Positions 1 to 13,584 of a stretch of DNA of 64,000 bases are shown in pieces. The stretch spans positions 1 through 64,000 of the forward strand of contig OZ253496.1 in the NCBI GenBank assembly GCA_965262115.1, given 5' to 3'. Position 1 is the stretch's first letter. Every line of letters starts with the position of its first letter. The notes under the pieces are model-generated. The model ran no database searches. It worked only from the letters and a program-made list of their open reading frames with translations, and was not told the DNA's origin. The stretch comes from Nitrospinales bacterium (GTDB taxonomy: Bacteria > Nitrospinota > Nitrospinia > Nitrospinales > VA-1). The position numbers and the translations under genes are program-made.

Positions 1-232
1 TTGTCGATATGCCTCAACCTATGAGCCAAAGTGGCACCATTTCCATTAGGTACCAAATCGTCATTTTCATTAAACTCGTAACGAGAGACCATGATGTAGC
101 TGATAGCAAAGATGGTGGCTGGAGTGAAGGTGGGGCTGTACGTCACTCTGAGAGAGACATCGTATTCATTGGATGTTAGGCTTTGAGCACTGCTGCAGTT
201 CAACATCAGGTCGTCAACAGTCAGATCGGAAT
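1..232 (-). CDS. Gene A exon, runs off the window edge (SDLTVDDLMLNCSSAQ...YDVSLRVTYSPTF...)
   Basis: ggacag| acceptor, phase 1, 76 open codons to the window end. Confidence 0.75.
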
Positions 233-715
233 CTGTCCATGTAGATAAAAAACAGTAATTAAAATTTATGGAATTGAAACAGTTCTCTTAACAATTCCCA
301 ATCCCCATTCTCACACTCCCCATTCTTACACTCCCCATTCCCACACTCCTCATTCCCGTACTCCCCTAAATTCAGGTCCAAGAAGTAGGCAAGCACACAC
401 TATTACAATAGAGGCGGTGTGTACATCAAGGACTCATCTATTGGAGGATATCCACTCCCCATAACTGCAATTTCCCTACCTCCCATCACCCCAAACATTA
501 CTCTAAGGTCAGGTGGACTAAGAATTTCAGGCACACTACAACACTCTCCACCACACCACTCTCCACCACAACACTCTCCACCACACCCTTCCCGAGTCCA
601 CCACAACATTAACCCCCACTCCCAACCAAAAAATCCTATGAAATCCTGATGTGTGGCTCAAATTTGATATTTCAAATTGCTAAATGTTATTCCACTTTGT
701 AAATACAACCACAGA

Positions 716-2123
716 TACACCAGCAACAACAACACCAGCAGCTGTAACAACACCAGCAGCTGTAATAACACCAGCAGCTGTAACAACACCAGCAGTAACA
801 ACAATACCAGCAGCCACAACAAAAACAGCAGCAACAACAATACCAGTAACAATACCAGCAGTCACTTGCACCAGCAGCAACAATACCAGCAGCCACAACA
901 AAAACAGCAGCAACAACAATACCAGCAGTCACTGCACCAGCAGCAACAATACCAGCAGTAACAACAATACCAGCAGCAACAACAATACCAGCAGCTGTAA
1001 CAACACCAGCAGATGTAACAACACCAGCAGCAACAACAATATCAGCAGCCACAACAATACCAGCAGCAACGACAATACCAGCAGCAACAACAATACCAGC
1101 AGCAACAACAATACCAGCAGCTGTAACAACACCAGCAGCAACAACACCAGCAGCCACAACAATACCAGCAGCAGCAACACCAGCAGCAACAACACCAGCA
1201 GCCACAGCAGCAACAACAATACCAGCAGCAACAACACCAGCAGCTGTAACAACACCAGCAGCTGTAACAACACCAGCAGCAACAACAATACCAGCAGCAA
1301 CAACAATACCAGCAGCAACAACAATACCAGCAACAACAATACCAGCAGCAACACAACACCAGCAGCCACAGCAGCAGCAACAACACCAGCAGCCACAACA
1401 GCAATAACACTAGCAGCCACAACAGCAACTACACCAGCAGCCACAGCAGCAACAACACCAGCAGCCACAACACCAGCAGCCACAACAGCAACCACAGCAG
1501 CAACAACACCAGCAGTCACAACAGCAATAACACTAGCAGCCACAACATCAGCAGCCACAGCAGCAACAACATCAGCAGCCACAGCAGCAACAACACCAGC
1601 AGCCACAGCAGCAACAACATCAGCAGCCACAGCAGCAACAACATCAGCAGCCACAGCAGCAACAACACCAGCAGCCACAACACCAGCAGCCACAGCAACA
1701 ACACCAGCATCCACAGCAACAACAACACCAGCAGCCACAGCAACAACACCAGCAGCCACAGCAACAACACCAGCAGCCACACCAGCAACCACATCAATAA
1801 CACTAGCAGCCACAACATCAGCAGCCACAGCAGCAACATCAGCAGCCACAGCAGCAACAACATCAGCAGCCACAGCAGCAACAACACCAGCAGCCACAAC
1901 ACCAGCAGCCACAGCAACAACACCAGCAGCCACAGCAACAACAGCAACAACAACACCAGCAGCCACAATAGCAACAACACCAGCAGCCACAACAGCAATA
2001 ACACTAGCAGCAACAACACCAGCAGCCACAATAGCAACAACACCAGCAGCCACAATAGCAACAACACCAGCAGCCACAACAGCAATAACACTAGCAGCAA
2101 CAACACCAGCAGCCACAATAGCA
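716..2123. repeat. Degenerate CAG/CAA-rich tandem repeat (acaacaccagcagcc-type units)
   Basis: Visible low-complexity repeat that produces NNTSS and TTPAA ORFs. Intronic to gene A. Confidence 0.9.
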
Positions 2124-2169
2124 AGAAGACAACAACAAATGAAGCTCCTAGTTATAATAGTTTACTCAC

Positions 2170-2239
2170 ATTGTCTAGTGATGACATCGACTGAAAACAC
2201 CTCATCTTGTCTTACCACATTCCTTGGAATAACTTCAAT
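2170..2239 (-). CDS. Gene A exon (IEVIPRNVVRQDEVFSVDVITRQ)
   Basis: tcttgtcttcaaag| acceptor, |gtgagt donor, phase 0-1. Completes the Y-x-x-x-I-x-V strand begun in the previous exon. Confidence 0.75.
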
Positions 2240-3178
2240 CTTTGAAGACAAGATTAAACAACAAAAATAAATAGCTCTTGTTATGGGAAAACAGTGGTTG
2301 ATTTAACAGTCACATACAGAATTATAGGTAAGGGGCATTAGAGAGAGAAGTAAGGAAGGAGGTCAAACACCTCTCTTGCAAACCCCCTCGCATGATACCA
2401 TATGTATGTCCGTCCTGATTGGGGAGTCAAGAACACATGTCCATTGTTACCATATCATGAATAAAGGAGTAGCATACCCTACACCACAACACACACAGTG
2501 TACTTGCTGTCTCCTTGACTACAACAATTATATTCATAGCTTTAACTATACACATTTTCCCTGGAGTATTACTATCCAACAGTTTATATCATTAGAATGC
2601 AAATACATCAAGATGCAGTTTGGTACAAGAGTCAGCGCCATTAAGGTGAGCAAACAAACAAAAGAGGCCATCAATATGTTGTGCTGTCTGCAACAAAACT
2701 TACAACAAGGAAATCCATCCAGTAACACCTTCTTTCTCAAGAGTGAAGGGATTCAGAGTGATTCCAGGTAAGCACAGGTGCATGTGTAGCCTTCCTCATC
2801 AGAAGAGATTGCAGAAACAGGAGTAAAGGCTGGATGAGCTGGTCTATCACGGCAGCTGGAATCGTCAGCCTTTTTTTTTTCTCGCTCACCCCGTCAAACC
2901 AGAAGTAAGATTTCTGTCCATTTTATGCCTTCTACAGGACCGGTCCAAAAAAAAATCGAGTGTCTAGAGCAAGCTGTCCATTTTGTGTGTAAACGATCAA
3001 GTTTCCTTACATGGGCATGTGGTGGTCAATTTGTTAATTACTTATTGACCACCATAAGTACATACCATAAGTGCAAAGCAGGAAAACATACATGTACCTG
3101 GTTGCCGCCTGGTACCACAATAAAATAAGGGAATAATGCACCTTCTAGTTGGAGATGCAGGCAATCTACTTTTTTTTA

Positions 3179-4190
3179 CTGGAAACCACCATCCTGCTGT
3201 TTTTTTTTACACAACTACCATTATTGACATCTCTTCCAGACTTATCCTGCTGTTTATGCCTGGACTGCACAGGCACCTATGCCTACTGCCTACTGGAAAC
3301 TACCATCCTGCTATTTCTGGACGGCACAGGCACCTATGCCTACAGGAAACCACCATCCTGCTATTTCTGGACTGCAAGCAAGCACCTATGCCTACTGCCT
3401 ACTGGAAACCACCATCCTGCTATTTTTCTGGACTGGAAACTACCATCCTGCATTTCTGGACGGCACAGGCACCTATGCCTACAGGAAACCACCATCCTGC
3501 TATTTCTGGACTGCGCAAGCACCTATGCCTACTGCCTACTGGAAACCACCATCCTGCTGTTTCTGGACTGCGCAAGTACCTATGCCTACAGGAAACCACC
3601 ATCCTGCTATTTCTGGACTGCGCAAGCACCTATGCCTATCCTGCTATTTCTGGACTGCGGAAACTGGAAACCACCATCCTGCTATTTCTGGACTGCGCAA
3701 GCACCTATGCCTACTGCCTACTGGAAACCACCATCCTGCTATTTCTGGACTGCGCAAGTACCTATGCCTACAGGAAACCACCATCCTGCTATTTCTGGAC
3801 TGCGCAAGCACCTATGCCTACTGCCTACTGGAAACTACCATCCTGCTATTTCTGGACGGCACAGGCACCTATGCCTACAGGAAACCACCATCCTGCTATT
3901 TCTGGACTGCGCAAGCACCTATGCCTACTGCCTACTGGAAACCACCATCCTGCTGTTTCTGGACTGCGCAAGTACCTATGCCTACAGGAAACCACCATCC
4001 TGCTATTTCTGGACTGCGCAAGCACCTATGCCTACTGCCTACTGGAAACTACCATCCTGCTATTTCTGGACTGCGCAAGCACCATGCCTACTGGAAACCA
4101 CCATCCTGCTATTTCTGGACTGCGCAAGCACCTATGCCTACTGGAAACTACCATCCTGCTATTTCTGGACAAGCACCTATGCCTACTGGA
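3179..4190. repeat. Minisatellite with alternating 57-bp and 50-bp units (ggaaaccaccatcctgctatttctggactgcgcaagcacctatgccta...)
   Basis: Unit starts at 3484, 3541 and 3591. Confidence 0.9.
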
Positions 4191-4250
4191 TACCACACAT
4201 GGACCAGCTCTTTTCTACTGTCTCCGGAAGGTTTTATTGATGGCTGGCTG

Positions 4251-4549
<299 letters not shown>

Positions 4550-4845
4550 TGTCTACTACTACTATGAGCCACTCTGATCCCTTCACCCTTGAAAAACGAG
4601 AAATTCTTGAATGGCTTTTTGCATTAACAGTTATCCATAATTTTTCTTTGCGTACATTTCAAGGTAGACAATTGTTCCACCGCACAATATTTGCATACTA
4701 ATAATAACTGGGGGGGGGGGGGGGGGGGGGGGGAAGAAGGTTATAGCTAAAATAAAATTATTTCTATTAAAAAAAAAATTATAACAATAAAACGAAACCC
4801 ACAACTTTGTCGGTGGTCAATCATTAAGATGAGCTAAGTGCTTAC

Positions 4846-4938
4846 TTTCATTGTATATATGCAGGCAGTGAGGGGAAGAACAATTGCACTGCTGTCCCTC
4901 TCTGCAGCTGTCACTTGAAAAGTGTGGTCTGTCACAGT
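4846..4938 (-). CDS. Gene A exon (TVTDHTFQVTAAERDSSAIVLPLTACIYTMK)
   Basis: cattacag| acceptor, |gtaagc donor, 93 nt, phase 0-0. Confidence 0.75.
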
Positions 4939-5280
4939 CTGTAATGTAGAGTATATACATACACATTTCCATGGCAACAACCACAGCATTGGAAAGTGAT
5001 GACCAGCGCAATAGGCAAGTATGTTGATCAAATAGGTTTCCATGCAGCAGTGGATGACATAGAGATAAAAATCTACCACCTGAGCAAGAACCACCCTGTC
5101 CCACTCCCTTCTCCCATCCTTCCCTTCACCTCGCAACTCTTCCACTACCCTCCATCACGATATAATCACTAGATAGTTAAACTTGATGCAATCAATATTC
5201 ATCCTGGCCGAAGTCGTTGCCATAGTATTAATAAGTAGGTAGAAGTTCATGGAATGAAAAATTGTACATTGTCAACTTAC

Positions 5281-5363
5281 AGAGTCATTGATGTACACAG
5301 TGGTCCGTCCACAGCTGCTAACGGAATTCATAGAAAGGAAATAACCCTCTGCAAACTGGTGGT
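5281..5363 (-). CDS. Gene A exon (HQFAEGYFLSMNSVSSCGRTTVYINDS)
   Basis: ctttctcccctag| acceptor, |gtaagt donor, phase 1-0. GY of the FN3 C strand. Confidence 0.8.
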
Positions 5364-5597
5364 CTAGGGGAGAAAGGGTTATTGTACATTAGTCTTGTCA
5401 TGCACAACAAATAGAGTGGATGTAACTGTGGTTGCAAGCATGCTTTGCTTTCGTTCAAGGGGGGGGGGGGGGGGGGAGGAGGGAATTCAAAGTTCGATGG
5501 ATCAATTTTATCACATCTGACTTCCTATAATATTCCCAAACCATGCATTTCCCTCCATGTAAACCCCCCTCCCCCTACAAAATCCCAACATTTCGCC

Positions 5598-5830
5598 ATT
5601 TCACTTGAACTATAACCACTGTGGATATAGTGAGATTAACCCTTTCCCTGTACTATAACTACCGTGGATGTAGTGAGAATAACCCTTTCACTTGTACTAA
5701 AACCACTGTGGATGTAGTGAGATTAACCCTTTCACTTGTACGGTACTTTAACCACTGTGGATATATTGAGATTAACTCTTTCACTTGTACTATAACCACC
5801 ATGGATGTAGTGAGATTAACCCTATCACTA
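5598..5830. repeat. Short degenerate tandem repeat, about 44-50 bp, 5 copies
   Basis: Recurrent aaccactgtggatgtagtgagattaaccctttcacttgtact. Confidence 0.8.
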
Positions 5831-6050
5831 ATACTGGAAAAGAATTCTCAAGAGTGATTGAAGCAACACACACAAGTTCTCCTCTTCGAAAACGATGTAA
5901 TAGCATGTTATAATTATATATTATTACTTCGACAATGTTTTCGATGCTTTATATAATAGAGTTTGGGTGCCTGTTCATGCTCACCATAAAATCTGATAAA
6001 AGTCATGAATTATAAAGACTATAATTAAACATAATTAATTTAGTGCTTAC

Positions 6051-6173
6051 TATTTGGAAGTGCCCATGAGACCTTGACGACATGGTAGTTGAAGAAACCG
6101 ACACGATCATCGACACTCACCATCACTCTTACAGAGGATGCACTCAGCTGATCTGGGAAGTCTCCAACATACA
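6051..6173 (-). CDS. Gene A exon, start of an FN3-like repeat (VYVGDFPDQL...VVKVSWALPN)
   Basis: catacag| acceptor, |gtaagc donor, phase 1-1. V-x-V-S-W-x-x-P is the FN3 B-strand motif. Confidence 0.8.
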
Positions 6174-6536
6174 CTGTATGAAGCAACAAACCAATGCAAT
6201 AAAACTGCTGCAGAGCTAACAACTGTTGGGACTCGATCAGCTATGAATAACAGTAGCACGTGGAAGACACAGACCCAAGTAGCACTTGCAGACACTAATA
6301 ATAGCATGTGCTATTACTGGACATGCAAACACCTTAGCAACTGATAGTAGCACGTGCATACTTGTAAAGAGAAATTAGAGCACATACAGTAACTAATAGT
6401 AGAACGTGCAGATTAATGAGAAAATTGAGCACACACGGTGACTAATAACAGCATGTGCAAGGAAACACCTTAGTAACAAGTAGCAGACATGCAACACGAA
6501 TAGTAGCACATGCAGACGCAGATACCATAGCAACAA

Positions 6537-9500
6537 GTAATGACATTCAAACATTGAAGTCAAGCGAATACTGCTATGCCAGCAGATACTGCCATGCCAG
6601 CAGATACTGCCATGCCAGCAGATACTGCCATGCCAGCAGATACTGCCATGCCAGCAGATACTGCCATGCCAGCAGATACTGCCATGCCAGCAGATACTGC
6701 CATGCCAGCAGATACTGCCATGCCAGCAGATACTGCCATGCCAGCAGATACTGCCATGCCAGCAGATACTGCCATGCCAGCAGATACTGCCATGCCAGCA
6801 GATACTGCCATGCCAGCAGATACTGCCATGCCAGCAGATACTGCCATGCCAGCAGATACTGCCATGCCAGCAGATACTGCCATGCCAGCAGATACTGCCA
6901 TGCCAGCAGATACTGCCATGCCAGCAGATACTGCCATGCCAGCAGATACTGCCATGCCAGCAGATACTGCCATGCCAGCAGATACTGCCATGCCAGCAGA
7001 TACTGCCATGCCAGCAGATACTGCCATGCCAGCAGATACTGCCATGCCAGCAGATACTGCCATGCCAGCAGATACTGCCATGCCAGCAGATACTGCCATG
7101 CCAGCAGATACTGCCATGCCAGCAGATACTGCCATGCCAGCAGATACTGCCATGCCAGCAGATACTGCCATGCCAGCAGATACTGCCATGCCAGCAGCCA
7201 GCAGATACTGCCATGCCAGCAGATACTGCCATGCCAGCGGATACTGCCATGCCAGCGGATACTGCCATGCCAGCAGATACTGCCATGCCAGCAGATACTG
7301 CCATGCCAGCAGATACTGCCATGCCAGCAGATACTGCCATGCCAGCAGATACTGCCATGCCAGCAGATACTGCCATGCCAGCAGATACTGCCATGCCAGC
7401 AGATACTGCCATGCCAGCAGATACTGCCATGCCAGCAGATACTGCCATGCCAGCAGATACTGCCATGCCAGCAGATACTGCCATGCCAGCAGATACTGCC
7501 ATGCCAGCAGATACTGCCATGCCAGCAGATACTGCCATGCCAGCAGATACTGCCATGCCAGCAGATACTGCCATGCCAGCAGATACTGCCATGCCAGCAG
7601 ATACTGCCATGCCAGCAGATACTGCCATGCCAGCAGATACTGCCATGCCAGCAGATACTGCCATGCCAGCAGATACTGCCATGCCAGCAGATACTGCCAT
7701 GCCAGCAGATACTGCCATGCCAGCAGATACTGCCATGCCAGCAGATACTGCCATGCCAGCAGATACTGCCATGCCAGCAGATACTGCCATGCCAGCAGAT
7801 ACTGCCATGCCAGCAGATACTGCCATGCCAGCAGATACTGCCATGCCAGCAGATACTGCCATGCCAGCAGATACTGCCATGCCAGCAGATACTGCCATGC
7901 CAGCAGAAACTGCCATGCCAGCAGAAACTGCCATGCCAGCAGATACGGCCATGCCAGCAGATACGGCCATGCCAGCAGATACGGCCATGCCAGCAGATAC
8001 GGCCATGCCAGCAGATACGGCCATGCCAGCAGATACGGCCATGCCAGCAGATACGGCCATGCCAGCAGATACGGCCATGCCAGCAGATACGGCCATGCCA
8101 GCAGATACGGCCATGCCAGCAGATACGGCCATGCCAGCAGATACGGCCATGCCAGCAGATACGGCCATGCCAGCAGATACGGCCATGCCAGCAGATACGG
8201 CCATGCCAGCAGATACGGCCATGCCAGCAGATACGGCCATGCCAGCAGAGACGGCCATGCCAGCAGAGACGGCCATGCCAGCAGAGACGGCCATGCCAGC
8301 AGATACGGACATGCCAGCAGAAACGGCCATGCCAGCAGAAACGGCCATGCCAGCAGATACGGCCATGCCAGCAGATACGGCCATGCCAGCAGATACGGCC
8401 ATGCCAGCAGATACGGCCATGCCAGCAGATACGGCCATGCCAGCAGATACGGCCATGCCAGCAGATACGGCCATGCCAGCAGATACGGCCATGCCAGCAG
8501 ATACGGCCATGCCAGCAGATACTGCCATGCCAGCAGATACTGCCATGCCAGCAGATACGGCCATGCCAGCAGATACGGCCATGCCAGCAGATACGGCCAT
8601 GCCAGCAGATACGGCCATGCCAGCAGATACGGCCATGCCAGCAAATACGGCCATGCCAGCAAATACGGCCATGCCAGCAAATACTGCCATGCCAGCAAAT
8701 ACTACTATGCCAGCATGAAAAAACCCTAAGAGTGATGTCATAAGGAGAGTGATGTCATAAGGAGAGTGATGTCATAAGGAGAGTGATGTCATGTGGCAGT
8801 ATTTGTAGTCAGAATTGTCAAGATTATTGTTTTATTGTTGTAGATATTTTCCTAGCCTAAATTACTGCCATGACTAATAACATAGCCATTGCTCCAGCTA
8901 TAACCTTAGTAAGGACAAGCTGAAGAGCTAACCCATTACCGATTTGTGACGTGATTTGTAGATGTCATCTTTATGATTGCAAGATATGATACAGTCGAGA
9001 ATTATAAGTTGCTTAGAGATTCACAACTGGTGTAAATGGTTGGATTGTAATATGGGGAAGTAGCCATGAATTGTATGTTTTTACTCTATTCCTTACTGGT
9101 GCAAGATTGAAAAACCTGATACCTACAACATAATGGGTGACATATTCTGAAATGGAAATATGCATGTGGAAATAAGTTATTATGTAACGAGTAATTGGAA
9201 ACTGCTGTCATTGAAGATGAGAAGAGAACCACATTATGAGGCAGGTCATCAGGAAGTTCTTTCTGCAGAAATGATCAGATAACTAAGGGAAGACCATACA
9301 GAAGCTGACAATATCTCGTTCAGACAGTTTGCACTTTTGACCCTGTTGATTGTTTTCAGTATGCTCTATATCATTAACAAAGTATTGACTATATGCATCA
9401 GTTATGCTTTCTATGTATGCTAAACTATCCAGCCATCTATTCGCTGTTGGAAAGAGAGAGAGAGCGGCTGCACACATGCAAGGAACTGTGTTTACTTAGC

Positions 9501-9897
9501 AAGATTGAAAATAGTTCCTACTATCAAGAACTTGCATCACATCCAATTTCAGTGTGTTAAAATTGAGTCGTTTAGTCAGAATAGAACTCCAGCATCCTTT
9601 CCCTGACAGCTATTAACCAAGCAGGCTGCGTGTAGGTCCAGGTTTCTTTCCTTTGGCCTTCGACTCTTCAGCTATTTTCTTCATCACAGATAAATCTGGC
9701 GTATCTATGGTGCGTTTTCCAAGACAACCATTTCCTTTTTCAAGTGGAGACCGTAAAATCCTCCATACACTCCCCAGGTTACGAATACGGCACATATAAA
9801 TACATACACACATATATATACCACATATGGGCATGCATGGCAATACAAAGCTTTCCATCCACCTCCCCACTGAGGACTCGCGTCGCTCGCAGAGTAA
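6537..9897 (+). mobile_element. Non-autonomous Helentron/HINE-like element, copy 1, containing an expanded 18-bp array
   Basis: Collinear with 10502-12552. Shared 5' gtaatgac...agcgaatactgctatgcca, internal 17-bp repeat, about 1.1-kb body and 3' end ccacctcccca.tgaggactcgc..cgctcgc. The classification is inferred from the end structure. Confidence 0.6.
6567..8716. repeat. 18-bp minisatellite (gccagcagatactgccat)n, about 119 copies
   Basis: Near-perfect array and the source of the MPADTA, ASRYCH and AGMAVS ORFs. Confidence 0.98.
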
Positions 9898-10274
9898 TAA
9901 CAATAAGTGCAAATAATTTAGTTACTTATAGTAGCATGTGCAGAGGTAGACAGTAACTAATAGCAGCTAGTGCAAACACCTTAGTAACCTATAGTAGCAC
10001 ATGCAGAGGCAGGCACCTTATTAATCACGTGCTGAGACCTAAGTAACTAACAGTAGCACATGTAAACACAATAATAGCATGTGTAAACATCTTAGTATCT
10101 AGTGGCACGTGCAGAGGAAAAACATCCATTCATCTTCGTAAAAATCACTTTTTTTTACTTGCTCATTTCTCTTGCACATTGTAAATTTATCACTCAACAA
10201 CTCAAATGCACTTGGTGTGAAGGGGCTAATTCATGTCTAATCAAAACAAAGCCTTGGGTGTAATGATTCTACGC

Positions 10275-10402
10275 ATCAGGGTGTCCAGATTATCTCGAAA
10301 CTAATGTTACGTACATACTCTATTGGAGTTCTAAATAATGTTCACTGTCTATTGGAGCATGTACGTAACATTGGTTTTGAGATAGTCTGAAAACTTTGAT
10401 GT
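10275..10402. mobile_element. Small fold-back element or hairpin, about 128 bp
   Basis: Imperfect inverted arms of about 50 bp (catcagggtgtccagattatctcgaaactaatgttacgtacat / atgtacgtaacattggttttgagatagtctgaaaactttgatg). Confidence 0.6.
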
Positions 10403-10501
10403 GTAATATTGAGGAACCTTTGACAATCTTAAGAGCTAAACCATGACTCACCATTCAAGAATGCACAATTCTCAACAGTAGCTAATTACATTATATTACT
10501 A

Positions 10502-12552
10502 GTAATGACGGTCGAAGGTGAGCGAATACTGCTATGCCAATGTTCCTGACCAGTTGTGAGACAGATATACACATGTACAAATATGGCTGAAAGTAAACTG
10601 CTTTGACTTGTGTAAAAGTAACTATACTTTACTTCATAAAACACATTAAGAGGGATGTCACGAGGATATTGATGTCATAAGGAGAGTGATGTCATAAGGA
10701 GAGTGATGCCATAAGGAGAATGATGCCATAAGGAGAGTGATGTCATGAGGCAGTGTATTTGTAGGAATTGTCAAGAGTATTGTTTTATTGTTCTAGATAT
10801 TTTCACCTGAAACCAACGAAATTGTAACACATATTTGTAGCTGTCATAACTTTTTCCCCCTTCTTCTGTGCAAATACTTTTTATACCAGCTTGTTGCTTA
10901 TTGTGTGCGCTTTAAAATGATATATAAAAAGTCTATATAGGCACCTTTTCTTAGAAGATATATCAAAACACGCAAGGGTCACTCAAAAAATGGCACTTCC
11001 TAATTTGTGGCAGACCTAACTCCCACGCGCCTTGACCGAGGCGCCCCAAACTCGGTACACGTGTAACTAAAGCTCTTAGCTGTGATATAGTGGTTTTATT
11101 TCTTTTTCCCGGTGAACCCCCCCCCCCCTGAGTTATAGTGTTGAGAAGAGGCGGGACCAAAAAAATTGCGGATTTTTTTGGGGTCCCGCCTCTTCTCAAC
11201 ACTATAACTCAGGGGGGGGGGGGGGTTCACCAAAAAAAAACAAAAAAAAACACTATATCACAGCTAAGGGCTTTAGCAACTCACACACGGAATTTGGGGC
11301 GCCTCGGTCAAGGCGCATGGGATTTAGGTCTGCCACAAATTAGGAAGTGCCATTTTTTGAGTGACCCTTGCATTTAGATATATCTTCTATGAAAAGGTGC
11401 CTATATAGACTTTTTATATATCATTTTAAAGCACACACAATAAGCAACAAGCTGGTATAAAAAGTATTTGCACAGAAGAAAGGGGAAAAAAAGTTATGAC
11501 AGCTACAAATATGTGTTCAAATTTCGTTAGTTTCAGGTGTAGTCCCCCCTTAACTACAGCCCAGGCTAAAAACATAGCCATTGCTCTGGCCATGCATAAC
11601 CATAGTAAGGACAAGCTGAAGAGCTAACCCAGTGCCAATTTGTAATGTGATTTGTAGATGTCATCTTTATGATTGTAAGATGTGATGTAGTCGAGAATTA
11701 TATGTTCCTCAGATTCCACAACTAGTGTTAGTGGTTGGATTGTAATATGAGGAAGTAGCCAAGAATTGCATGGCTTTACTATATTCCTTACAGGTGCAAC
11801 ATGGAGCAACCTGATACTTGCAACATAATGGGAAGACAAATTCTAACATGGAAATGTGCATGTGGAAGTAAGTAGTTTTGTTTCGAGTATTTGGAAACTG
11901 CTGTCCTTGAAGATGAGAAGAGCACCACATTAAGAGTAATGTCATCAGGCAGTTCTTTCTGCAGAAATGATCAGACAACTAAGGGTAGACCATGCAGAAG
12001 CTGACAATAACTTGTTCAAGTGATAGTTTGCACTTTTGACCCTGTTTATTGTTTTCAGTATGCTCTATATCATTAACAAAGTATTACTACATGCATCAGC
12101 TATGCATTCTATATATGCTAAACTATCCAGCCGTCTACTCGCTGTCAGAAAGAGAGAGAGCGGCTGCACACATGCAAGGAACTGTGTTTACTTAGCAATA
12201 TTGAAAATAGTTCCTACTATCAAGAACTTGTATCACATCCAATTTCAGTGTGTTGATGAATTGAGTAGTTTAGTCAGAATAAAACTCCAGCATCCTTTCC
12301 ATGGCAGCTAGTAACCGAGCAGGCTGCATGTAGGTCCAGATTTCTTTCCATTGGCCTTCGAATCTTCAGCCGTTTTCTTCATCATCGAGGTATCTATGGC
12401 GAGTTCTCCAAGACGACCATTTCCTTTTTTCGTGGATTTTATATGCCGTACGTTATAAACGTACGGCATATATATACCACATACGGGCATGCGTGGCAAT
12501 ACAAAGTTTTCCATCCACCTCCCCAATGAGGACTCGCTCCGTTTGCCAATGA
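10502..12552 (+). mobile_element. Helentron/HINE-like element, copy 2, interrupted by a MITE
   Basis: Homologous to 6537-9897. A third partial inverted copy lies at about 46222-46460. Confidence 0.6.
10804..11549. mobile_element. Fold-back MITE of the TTAA-target, GG-terminus type (Kolobok-like); left end clipped
   Basis: Almost entirely palindromic about 11170. Right end reads ...agtcccccc|TTAA. Absent from copy 1 of the host element. Confidence 0.85.
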
Positions 12553-12694
12553 ATCTTGGATTAAACAACCTGATTAATCGACCATGCTTATCTATTAGCT
12601 TGTTGTCCAAATCATTAGTTCAATACAAGTTTCCAATTTTTGGGGGAAGCTTTTTAGTGAGTGGCTAGCCACCAGAACTGAAGCAACCATATCC

Positions 12695-13584
12695 CCCTAT
12701 ATTTGTTGTACCACATGTGGGTATCAAAACCCCTCTATATTTGGTGTACTACATGTGGGTGTCAAAACCCCTCTATATTTGGTGTACTACATGTGGGTAT
12801 CAAAACCCCTCTATATTTGGTGTACTACATGTGGGTGTCAAAACCCCTCTATATTTGGTGTACTACATGTGGGTGTCAAAACCCCTCTATATTTGGTGTA
12901 CTACATGTGGGTGTCAAAACCCCTCTATATTTGGTGTACTACATGTGGGTATCAAAACCCCTCTATATTTGGTGTACTACATGTGGGTGTCAAAACCCCT
13001 CTATATTTGGTGTACTACATGTGGGTATCAAAACTACTCTATATTTGGTGTACTACATGTGGGTATCAAAACCCCTCTATATTTGGTGTACTACATGTGG
13101 GTGTCAAAACCCCTCTATATTTGGTGTACTACATGTGGGTATCAAAACCCCTCTATATTTGGTGTACTACATGTGGGTGTCAAAACCCCTCTATATTTGG
13201 TGTACTACATGTGGGTGTAGGTATCAAAACCCCTCTATATTTGGTGTACTACATGTGGGTATCAAAACCCCTCTATATTTGGTATACTACATGTGGGTAT
13301 CAAAACCCCTCTATATTTGGTGTACTACATGTGGGTATCAAAACTACTCTATATTTGGTGTACTACATGTGGGTATCAAAACCCCTCTATATTTGGTGTA
13401 CCACATGTGGGTGTCAAAACCCCTCTATATTTGGTGTACTACATGTGGGTATCAAAACCCCTCTATATTTGGTGTACTACATGTGGGTGTCAAAACCCCT
13501 CTATATTTGGTGTACCACATGTGGGTATCAAAACCCCTCTATATTTGGTGTACTACATGTGGGTGTCAAAACTCCTCTATATTT
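12695..13584. repeat. 38-bp minisatellite, about 23 copies
   Basis: Unit atgtgggtatcaaaacccctctatatttggtgtactac. Confidence 0.97.

Noticed and set aside
4709..4733. Poly-G runs (also near 5459 and 60313) as G-quadruplex regulatory elements
   Set aside because: They are simple homopolymers with no further support.
6393..8743. 500-780 aa ORFs on both strands
   Set aside because: They come from a stop-free 18-bp tandem repeat inside an intron and mobile element.
12695..13584. CRISPR-like appearance of the 38-bp repeat, and of the 58- and 73-bp arrays
   Set aside because: The units are head-to-tail with no unique spacers, there are no cas genes and the context is eukaryotic.
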